From Diadema antillarum (lineage: Eukaryota): a stretch of DNA of 64,000 nt. Both the position numbers and the translations under genes were made by a program. Below, piece after piece: positions 11,357 to 21,222 of this stretch (the first letter of the stretch is position 1; the number at the start of each line of letters is the position of its first letter). The stretch lies in assembly GCF_040938485.1 (NCBI RefSeq), contig NW_027270918.1, forward strand, positions 6,758,001 through 6,822,000. The letters are read 5' to 3'. The notes under the pieces are model-generated. The model worked only from the letters and a program-made list of their open reading frames with translations, made no database searches and had not been told where the DNA came from.

Positions 11357-12958
11357 CTATACCGATGTCTCCACATTGTCGCTGGATTGTTCCTCCGTGG
11401 TGTCCCCTTCCCCGCCCTCCTCGGGGACGTGCATGTTGAGCGCCGCGTCGTACGGTGGTGGTGAGTCCATAGGGACGACGACCACGCCCTCGCCACCTGT
11501 TGACTGGTTGAAGTCATTGGCGCGATGCCATGTAACCGTCCGTACCTCTCCCTCCCCGTCCATAAGAACCCAAGACTCGATCTGCATCTCGTCCACCACT
11601 TCGCTCTCATCCTGCTGACTTCCTTGGCTACCGAAGCACAGAGGCAACGACGTTGGACGTCTGTGACGTCGATTGCTAGGCGTCGACGAGGCCGACATCA
11701 TCGGCTTGCGAAGACTGGGATTGTGCTCTGAGTCTCCGGTCGGAATCGCAGCAGTTCTGTTGACAGAATCACTAGTAGCCGCAGAGGCGTTGTTGTGTGA
11801 ATTCGTTGAAGGTTTAATCCGACTGAGCATATTGCTGATGGCTAACACGTGGCTAGATGTGCTACGGGATGGAAGTATTCTCAAACTCGTCGACGGGGTG
11901 TGACCATTCGATAGTGACCGATTGTTTGGCGTTAGAGGTGAGCGAAGTGTCCAGTCGCTCGTGGATGACTGCGCTGCACGATCGTTTGATAAACTAGAAA
12001 CATAGCACAACCCTACAGCTGTGGTGGCAGATCGACGTAATGTCCTCGATCGGCCGTTTCCATGAAGATAGTTGTGTCTCGTATTTGTGTCGTGACTATG
12101 GACGATGTGTTCGTGCTTGCCACGGTGCGCGGCATTCGGTGGCCCCGGTCCTGTCGGCGTCAAACCTGACCGGGATCGGTTCCCGTTTGCAACTTCCATG
12201 AGGAGTGCCTCGGAGTAGCTAGGCACAACATGGCGGTTGTCGCGTATCAGCGTCTCTAAACTCCTATTACTATCTACCGCAGTGACCCTCGTGATCGTTC
12301 CACTTTCACCCGCCCATGGTTCCACGGTTATCATGTTCGCTGTATAGTTCGTGCCGAAGAGCTTCTCAATTTGATAATCGACTATGGCAGTATTCATGGA
12401 TATCAATATTCTGAAAGGCCACGAGAGCATGGATAGTGAGGTGACCCAGAACATTGACATGGAAACGTACCAAGGAAGCTTCTCAGAACACGCGTACGTC
12501 ACCATTTCATCGGTAAACTCCACTTCCGTGAGGCCAAGACCTTCTCTTGTTTCCAACCGAGTTACCTGCCGCGTATGCCTATTGTAGTGGTAGGAAATCG
12601 CGCGCCACCATACAACCGGGTAGGCATTGCGTATTCTGCGTATACGGCTATACACAGTACTCACGTCTTCCTTGTACTGAATCTCGATGCGGACATCGCT
12701 GTACCAACACTCGACCAGGTAGACGAGGTAGAGTAGGACTAGGAAGGCGACTGGATGAAGGTGTAGCCGTCCTGGCAGGGGCTGTCCTTCACTGTGACCG
12801 CCTCCCCTTGCACGGTGTAGGCCACCACCTCGACGATGCTGGTCTGACACCAGAAGACCACGGCCAGACTGCCGTACATCAGCAGTGTGAGGATAAGACA
12901 CTTCCAGTGGGTCTCTTCTTTCAGGCTCGTGCAGGCCGTGCGGCGGATCGGGGGTCAT
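11357..12958 (-). CDS. TMEM151: TMEM151-family multi-pass membrane protein, main coding exon. The long ORF is 533 aa, but its first ~68 codons are out of the conserved frame. Possibly a damaged allele, a pseudogene or an assembly error.
   Basis: The translation contains blocks matching TMEM151A/B as I recall them: PVAFLVLLYLVYLVECW, PVVWWRAISYHY..TRQVTR, ETREGL.L..VEF, PWY....FW......LSWPFRIL.....A.V.Y.IEKLFG and PSYSEAL. These are followed by a Ser/Thr-rich low-complexity tail. It is by far the longest ORF in the window. Confidence 0.9.
   Translation of the reverse strand: MTPDPPHGLHEPERRDPLEVSYPHTADVRQSGRGLLVSDQHRRGGGLHRARGGGHSEGQPLPGRLHLHPVAFLVLLYLVYLVECWYSDVRIEIQYKEDVSTVYSRIRRIRNAYPVVWWRAISYHYNRHTRQVTRLETREGLGLTEVEFTDEMVTYACSEKLPWYVSMSMFWVTSLSMLSWPFRILISMNTAIVDYQIEKLFGTNYTANMITVEPWAGESGTITRVTAVDSNRSLETLIRDNRHVVPSYSEALLMEVANGNRSRSGLTPTGPGPPNAAHRGKHEHIVHSHDTNTRHNYLHGNGRSRTLRRSATTAVGLCYVSSLSNDRAAQSSTSDWTLRSPLTPNNRSLSNGHTPSTSLRILPSRSTSSHVLAISNMLSRIKPSTNSHNNASAATSDSVNRTAAIPTGDSEHNPSLRKPMMSASSTPSNRRHRRPTSLPLCFGSQGSQQDESEVVDEMQIESWVLMDGEGEVRTVTWHRANDFNQSTGGEGVVVVPMDSPPPYDAALNMHVPEEGGEGDTTEEQSSDNVETSV
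12755..12954 (-). CDS. TMEM151: True conserved TMEM151 N-terminal segment including TM1, in an alternative frame overlapping the long ORF
   Basis: Manual translation gives PPIRRTACTSLKEETHWKCLILTLLMYGSLAVVFWCQTSIVEVVAYTVQGEAVTVKDSPCQDGYTFI. This aligns to the recalled human [26 protein letters not shown].GC...W and SPCSDGY. The frame is bounded by TGA (12955-12957) and TAG (12739-12741). Adding one C at TTCATCC^AGTC (12753-12754) gives FIPVAFLVLLY and joins the long ORF. Confidence 0.85.
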
Positions 12959-14010
12959 CGAGGATTCATGTTAGACTATGATGGTGGAGATACCACACTT
13001 GGTATTTTCATTACAAGATGTTCTTTTCCTTGTTTCAAAGTTTCAATTTTAAAGGCCCTTAGGATTCAGGTTTCCTCGTTCTTGTTCTTGTTTTTATGTT
13101 CTCGGGGCAGAGCTAAGTGAAGATCAGGTTTCAACAAAGATTGCTTAAAGACAAACAATTCAGCTATTGGTTTCGAACTTCAAATGTGCTATTACTTACA
13201 AAACAGGACTTTCTCCAAACCTGAATCGACTCTGATAGCATAGTCTTTCTGATTTTTTTTTCCAAGGGGGTTGTTAATCACAAGAGTTATGGGGATTTAT
13301 AGATGCAACACGATTCATCCTTGTTAAATCACACTTCAGACAGTTTCACGTAGAAAACAAAGCATATACACAACTTACTCATGGTTTAAACATGTGCTAT
13401 AATTATAAATGTATCTTTTCTTGTTTGTATTACTTCTTGCATTAAATATGTAATCGGCACTAGTCCCGACTACTACTGCAACTCTTCATGTTAGCAAAGC
13501 TATTAACGGCGATTATCTTTCATTGGACCAACATTGCACTTTGCCACAAGATCATCAGTCGCTATAACCTTTTTCCAAATCATAGAGTGAACTTCGAACA
13601 AAGCCCCCCCCCCCCCCCCCAAAAAAAAAAAGTAGATTAATAAAACTTTGTCAAGTGTTCACGTTAGTCCGGAAGCAATATGTCTTAAATTCCGCGGCAT
13701 CGAGTTCATGTTGGAATGTTGCTCGCTCCACTGAGCACCCGGCGTCAAGGCAACATGGATATCCCATCATCGGATGGGTTTTTCATTATCCGCTACGTGC
13801 TCCGGCATACCAGCCTGTGATCCCACATCCATCACCATCACATGGCAGAGATCGGTGAGCGGCAAACACACCCGGATGAGTCGTGCTTGTGGGAACAACA
13901 ATCCACCCCGTCACAGGTTTGATGCCTTAATTAGCGCCAGACGATGTTCATTAAGCAGTGTCAGGAATCAAACTTGACTTGAACCGCCAAGTTACGTACT
14001 GGTGTATTAA

Positions 14011-14095
14011 CCCTTTCTGTGCCATGAACTTTGGACAGCGTGTGTAACGCTCTTAGGTTTTCTGTGCCAAATTTGCACTCAAAGCACGCATAGGG
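14011..14095. mobile_element. 85-bp piggyBac-like MITE
   Basis: TTAA on both sides (14007-14010 and 14096-14099), CCC...GGG termini, and imperfect 12-bp TIRs (CCCTTTCTGTGC versus reverse-complemented CCCTATGCGTGC, 9/12). Confidence 0.65.
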
Positions 14096-16767
14096 TTAAA
14101 ACAGAAGTCATCTTGCTAACTCTGAATCAACACAGCGTCATTAGTTGATTTTTGCCAATTATGAACTGCCAAGTCAAAAACGTCTCGCCGTTTTCCACCT
14201 GTTGCGTCTTGCCTAAATGCACAACGCGCGAAAAAAACAACAACGAGTCTTTCTCACGCTTATTCCGTTCCATCAAAAAGTGGTAACACGCTCTCTCATC
14301 AACTTCTCATTATGACGTACAACGATCATTACCCATCTGCGGATTCAACCGCCACATGGCGTTTGGTCACTGAAATTATTGCTTGACTGTCGATAATTGC
14401 CTACAAGGACACGTTGAGCTTAAGCATCAAATGTGAACGACGTAAAATAGATACAAATTGTATCTGAACCAGCAGATGGTTACAGGTTATAAGCTAATGT
14501 ATAGAATGCGAACGAACTGCGGTCAACGTCTGAACTGGCGGATGATTACGAATGAAACTAATGCGTCGAATGTGAACGACTTACAACTGATATCGGTATT
14601 AAGAAGGCAACAGACTTGGCCAATTATTTATCGAATGTGAACAATCTATAGTTCACATAAGAATTGGTAGATCTTACATAAAATTCTAACTACCCGATAA
14701 AGAATGCACTCATCCCGAGGATGATACATGATTCAGACATGCTGAAGATTTGATCCCAGGCTAGTAATTATACAGAAAGCTAACTTCTTGACTGTCAATG
14801 AATGAAGACGAGTACGACGAGATCCAACTGTGATTAAAACGCATTTGAATGCGTATTACTACACTGCTAGAAATTAGACAAAATGAAATCAAATAAAAGT
14901 GCTACATAATCTAAAAACGTGTGCGAACTTGTTGTCATTCGCAGTTGCATTTTTTCACGAATACACAAAAATACTAAATTTATCATTATACACACATACA
15001 AAACAAGAGACAGAAGAATGAGGGTACTTCTATGCATTAACAGGGTAGATAGCTCGCTAAAATCAAGCTAAATAGGGGGAGAAAAGATGCTGTTTACGAG
15101 TATAAAACATGACCTGACCTTCAGATTTATAAAATGCAGTCAAAGAAGCTAATCAGATCCTGAGGCTTTCTAAATTGACCGCGCTGCTGCAATGATTAAA
15201 TCTCACTTTTTTATCTACTCTCAATCAGCACACAATGATCAGCTGGCGGCGGGAAAGCCATGGCATGGCTAGGGCATACACTGTCCGACAGACTCGAGGC
15301 TTTACATAGGACAAAACCATTGTCAAGGACAACCGCCACTCGAGCAAATTAACCACCCTGTGGACTCCAACTGCCGGAGACACCACCCCCTGAATACCAA
15401 TCAAATTTCGATCATGGAGAATTAAGCTTTATGAATTCCCTGACAATGAGCGCCAGCCGGTATTACTGAAAGCACTGGCTTGTGATGGCTAGCACCATTA
15501 CACAATTTCATACGCTGCCCAGACCACAGAATTCAATTAAGGTGAAGGGGTATACAGCTCTATTTCTGCCGAAAAGAACGAGCAGCCACAACACTCTGAT
15601 TTTTGGATTGCAACTATAACATGTTTTGCACCTCTATATTAGGAACACACATCTCTTGCTGCGAAACAAGTCAGGATGGCTGGTACTACGGATATTACGC
15701 TGACTGGCGTCGTTTGAAAGTGAAAGACGGTGGGCATTCTCCGCCGACACTGCTTTCACATTGTGAAGGAACAGTGTGTTCTTTCTATAACGGGCAATGG
15801 CATGTTTCGTAGGAGAAATTTTTGCGGTGACACCAAGGAGGTTCACGAGATAGATTCACAACAGGCTTACTCCCTGCGAACCCATGTTTACTGCCGACAC
15901 TCAAAAACACCTGAAGTATGTGCCAAACTGGATCTGTTTTTAAGAGACAGGAAAACAATTGATTCATTCTTGTCTCATTGCATGATGACCAGCCACTCTG
16001 TAAGAAAGATAACGTCTTTATGGTGGCAATTACTTTTCCGCCATCCCTAGTCATAAAAGGCAAGCGGTATAACTAATGATAAAGACACGGGGATGTGCGA
16101 ACAAAAATTGCACGAAGATTAATGAAATGAAATTTAAAATTACTCAACTGGACATGTCCGGACACTTACCAGACGTATAAAGACTTATTCAAGGATATTA
16201 CACCATATCAATTTCCTTTGCTGAAATTGATAGGAAAAGTGATAAAATTGGCTTTATAGGAGGATTTACATATTGCACATATTTCTTGACGGGAGATACT
16301 TTTGTTTTATATGTTTTATCAGCAGGTGAAATTTCATTTCATTTAATGAATAAACGAGCAAAATATACCCGACATTAGAGTTCAAAATTCATTTCCAGAT
16401 TGCTCAGAAAGATGGCGGCATCAAAGCCCCGTTATCAAGAGGCAAATGCACCTGTAGATTTTTTTTGCATCCCTAGAAGTAAAGCCAGTTGTGGAATTGA
16501 AGATGAAACTCTAAAGTCATTAGAGAAGAGCATAAAGCCATTCGTTTCAATTGTTTAGGGGGGGGGGGGGTTGCGTCGATTGTATGTCTTGTCCCCAGTG
16601 TACAAGCACTGTTTTTTAGTGGACCCTTCATTTTTCTTTTTGTCTCGAAATATAGATAACGTAAAAATGTGTTCTATTCGTTGATTACATCTACTGTAAC
16701 AGTAAACCAATGTTTACTCAAGATCTTATTCCGTGGAAGAAGAAATAAAGAAGATAAATTGAATTTT

Positions 16768-16841
16768 ATAGAATAGAATAGAATAGAATAGAATAGAATA
16801 GAATAGAATAGAATAGAATAGAATAGAATAGAATAGAATAG
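16768..16841. repeat. (ATAGA)n pentanucleotide microsatellite
   Basis: About 15 perfect units directly visible. Confidence 0.95.
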
Positions 16842-17099
16842 CAGAGGATAGAATTGATAGCTGTATAGTGCTGCTATGGGTGGAGCGAGTGTTGGACGCA
16901 TTACGTGTCATCGTATGTAGATATCGTCGCCCAGTTGGGGATGCCCTGCTTTAAATATACTGGTGACGACAAAGGAATGAGAAATGAGAAGTGAGAACAC
17001 GTTACCCCTACATCTTCCCACATCGCCTCTCAGGTTGAAACGGTGACGAGGCTAGCATGATGCTTGTTTCCCAAACACCTTGACATTGCTTCAGACGAT

Positions 17100-17430
17100 C
17101 CACTATTATGAAGAGTTCCTTTCCAAAAGGTGCTAAATCCACTTTTGATGGTAAGGGACAAAAATGATTTTTGTTCCACATGCTTCTGAGTGTTTTCACG
17201 CAAGGACTTCATGTCCAGTTATAGTGACCCTATCATAATAAAGTGTACCATGGAAAAAATATATGTGTCTACACGTAATTTTAAAGAATTGATGCTCTTT
17301 TTGATTTTGTGGATTGAACACCTTTTGGAACAAAGCTCAATTTTACTGCCTGATTTCTTCCCTTTTCTCAAAGAGTCAAAGAGTCAAATTTGATGAAAAA
17401 TAGATTTAGCACTTTTAGAAAGAAACTTTT
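17100..17430. repeat. Degenerate inverted-repeat element remnant
   Basis: TTCCAAAAGGTGCTAAATCCACTTTTGAT (~17120-17148) is reverse-complementary to GTGGATTGAACACCTTTTGGAA (~17309-17330) and to AATAGATTTAGCACTTTTAGAA (~17399-17420). Confidence 0.45.
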
Positions 17431-18969
17431 CATACAAACCAACCTATGTGATCACACTAATGGGCTGACTCCATTTTGAAAAGGAATATGTTGGCAATAA
17501 CGTTAAGCAGTCAAACCCGTATGATATAGGTTGATAAAATAAGTCAATTCTCCGTCATTTTTCCTAGCAAAGGAATACTAACTCGCAAGATGCAAGAGTT
17601 ACGGAAAAGGTGCAATACTTTTCTCTCAGTGCTCAATTTTGTCACTTGATACGGTATATAGTTACCATGGAGCTGAACTTATAATGATGACGTCATATAT
17701 CCTGAAATAGTCAAACTTCGATACGCTTGCTAAGCGTTCCAAAAGTGCAGAAGCATGCCTTTATAGTTATCACGACAATTCATCTTGCTTAGTTGTTAAT
17801 GGAATGGGGGCGGGGTTCGTCTAATCACGTAAATTGACAATGTTCGATTCATTGGGCATGGCGATTCAATCAGCGAACCGAATGCCTATATCTGCTCCCG
17901 TGTTCTGCCAGACAAGCAGTCGTCGCTAATTGACAGAGAGAGCTCGCTTTAAATCTTTGCCATTATTTCTGATTTACCCTCTAATTCCGTTTTTCCTCTA
18001 ACAGAGCCATAAATTATCCCAGACTAAGCAATAGCTTTGAAACAACTCGAGCCATTCGCCAATAAATTCTAAGTTTACCCTCTTGCAGATTGTTTTCTTT
18101 TCCCTCGAGCAAGTGTGCCAAAATAGGCACATTTGGATACTTTTCAGATACGTAAAAGGCTGAATAAGATTCATACGGCTTTGCAGTATGCATTTCCTTT
18201 TATTCCAAATTTGACAACTACGCAGACGTATCTATATTTAAGAAGGCAAAGCCTTCCTGAAGAGCCAATTGTTTTGCCGAGTGTGATCGATACTGAAGGG
18301 TGATGACGTTGAACCGTGGTCGTCACTTTTGGCACTTTTATGTGTCAACACCGAGTCACAGGGATTCTGGTTGACGTCAATGATTACGACACCTCGCGAT
18401 GCAAAGCTTGCACAGATCGTAGTCGACTAATCTCCACCGACAAGCGGATCTCAGGAATAAGCCATTCACTTTGTGCATGAGCAGAAAAAAGGACAATTTT
18501 GCCAAACAGGCATGTTGCCATATAAATTAACTGACATTAACATCTGTGATGTAATGATTATTCATGTAATCCTCATAAAATGTTGTTTGCCAGCGTTTTC
18601 ACCTGACAGCAACGAAGTGTTTATTAAAGCCTGATATTTGACAATGATGTTCGGAAAGAGTCTGTTACTGCATTCAGTACACTACAAAAAATGAAACTGA
18701 TGTTTCCACGAGTTTTAACTGACGAGCCATTCTGGTCACCTGGTCTACGCAAATTCATTCTTTGTTTGAAATTGAATTTCATAAATAGTTACGTCGGGAA
18801 AGCTTAATATGCATTATGTCACTTTGAAAACGAGTGAAGTGCGTAAGAAAGTGAAGGGGAAAAACCGTCATTTTCCGAAATGTGCACATGAGATAATTAT
18901 GAACTGGCTTAAAAGGAACGTCAAACGTGCGCAGTGCACTTGACGAGACCGTCGCGCACCCTTCATTAA

Positions 18970-19571
18970 AGGGGAAATCCAGTCCAAATACAAGTTAGTC
19001 TGATAAGAAAGAGTAAAATGTTACGAGTTAAACGGTAAAATTTTGATTGGAATTGGGTGAAAAATAAGGAAGTTATGACATTTTGAAGTTTCGCTGATTT
19101 TTCAAGAAACAGTTCTTGAACGGCCAATACAAATATGCGAATGTCAAAGTGAGCATGTCATCCCCTCACAACTTGCCATATAGTTCGTACACAAAATTGT
19201 GAAATTTCCAGTTTTTCATTCAAACGCAGTTATGTCCGAGGCTCAGATAGTAATATCATATCTAACTATTCTGAAGTTATTCAACCGGGAATAACATCAA
19301 TGTTTCAGACTTCAATGACAGACACATTAATTCTCGTCATTTTTTTTTACACGATCAATGAAAAATTGTGAGGTTATGACATGTTTACCTCAATCATTTG
19401 AATATTCATATCTACTGTACAAGAACTGTTTTGCACAAATTAGCAAAAAATGTTCAAAATGTCGTAACTTCCTTATTTTTCGTTCGGATTTCAGTCAAAT
19501 TGTTACTGTTGCACGCGAAAGATTTTAACTCTTTTTTTTTTTGTACTAAGATTTGGACTGGATTTCCCCCT
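18970..19571. mobile_element. Kolobok-like non-autonomous DNA transposon (~600 bp)
   Basis: TTAA|AGGGGAAATCCAGTCCAAA ... TTTGGACTGGATTTCCCCCT|TTAA. The TTAA duplication with RR...YY termini is typical of Kolobok. The inverted similarity continues inward (AATAAGGAAGTTATGACATTTTGAA / TTCAAAATGTCGTAACTTCCTTATT). No ORF. Confidence 0.85.
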
Positions 19572-21134
19572 TTAAGCTCCCTATCCATGAATACCGTTGA
19601 TATTATACAGTCATGTTGGCAACAAAACTGAGGGAGTCACAAGCCAGATGACAAGTAATGCATAGCGAGCGCAGCACACGCTCATGACAAATAATTTTTT
19701 TCTAAGCCTGAACAGAAAAGAAAAGAAAGAAATGTCCAGTATCATCTACCAACGTGGTAACATCGCTTACAAAAGAACTAACGTGCCATCGAGACATACC
19801 GTGGCGTGATTATGAAGCTTACAGGTACAGTTACCAATCAATCACAAATCTTAAAATGTCTGAATATTCACCAACACCTGTTACTGTAATAACGGGCTCT
19901 ACGCCCACTTCAGTTCCAAATGATACGAACCCCTTGAAATTCTTTCAGAAACGCCTTAGGCGTATAAAATGAGAGATATTCTTGAATAATGGTAAAAATA
20001 AAACCTAAAAACTCAGGGATATTATGTTTCATGACATTCCAGTCACGCACAGACTTGAGTTGACAGTAATCGATCGGCTGCATAAGTGATTTGCACCACG
20101 TGATATTTTTGCGATATTCACCTCGCGGAGATAACCAAAATGGCGGGATTTGTTCCTCTCTCTTTCTCGCCCCGAATTGTCTGCTGTTGAAATGGGATGA
20201 CAGTGAGACGTGAGCGAACAAAACCTCTCGCCTGGCCTGTAGATACAATTCAAAACGGCTATCTTTCCTTCAACAAAGGATGATCATAATATTGCCAGCT
20301 ATAGACTAGTCCCTTTGCGGTCACGATTCTCCATTGTATTCACTTGAAAGGAATCGTGGTAATGATTGTACACAGTTTAATTGCACATGATTTGACAGTA
20401 TTAAAGTGATACTATTAAAGTGTACTATAGTGATATGGCGAAGATACTTTAACACGCGTGGTAAAGTAAGACAATGAATCATACATATTGGAACACAAAT
20501 ACATTAACCACGAAAAAAATCTGAATTGCCTCACTGTTTACTCAGGTTTATCACATCTGCATGAGCCAATTTGTTGGTGTCATTCGTGACGTGAAGCCTA
20601 TAATTTCAAAAGCTATGAAACATCACAACAGCAGATGAAATCAGAGCACATATGTCACACATTATAGCATCCTTATCTACATGATAATATTATGTAATGA
20701 AGTCTTAATTCACTTCCCTGTTATAAACTCGTTTTGCGCGCGACGTTTGCAATGTAAAACAGCACACCAAAACAAATCGATGACAATGGGGATGATGGCG
20801 GAGGACGTACTGAGAAGCACATTCATATATCTTCAGCCGTGAATACGCCTCCCGGAAGGTAATACCACAAAGTTGAAAAGTTCCTCACTGTTTGCAAAAT
20901 ATGTTTACAACACAGACTTTAAAAAAGAGCTCTCTAAACAGATATGTTGAAGTCAAAATTACCGGTATAGAGAAGACCGTTATTAATGAACTGTTATCAT
21001 AAATTTCTCCCCAAATCGAATTAAAAGAGGGAAAAATACACAATAATGCATAGTCCCACAGACTCATCCCTTTGAAGAAAGTACGCGAACTTTATCTACG
21101 TGTGTGTATTGAAAATTACACTACATAGAGATCA

Positions 21135-21222
21135 ACTTATTACTATTATTATTAGTAGTATTATTGTTATTATTATTGTTATTATTATTATTATCATCAT
21201 CATCATCATCATTATTATCATT
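21135..21222. repeat. (ATT)/(ATC) compound microsatellite
   Basis: Directly visible. Confidence 0.9.

Noticed and set aside
11302-11903. Short ORFs overlapping TMEM151 (11302-11610, 11334-11618, 11525-11731, 11673-11903, 12384-12587, 12547-12981)
   Set aside because: Shadow frames of a GC-rich coding exon with no recognisable homology.
12739-12770. Programmed ribosomal frameshift
   Set aside because: No slippery heptamer or obvious stimulatory structure. A 1-bp deletion in a C run is simpler.
12955-12957. Selenocysteine or programmed readthrough at the in-frame TGA of TMEM151
   Set aside because: I could not identify a SECIS element, the family is not a known selenoprotein, and readthrough would not fix the downstream frameshift.
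13690-14010. Possible SINE head on the minus strand (GTTTGATTCC B-box-like) interrupted by the piggyBac MITE
   Set aside because: No A box is recoverable on the other side of the insertion, and the resemblance is too weak.
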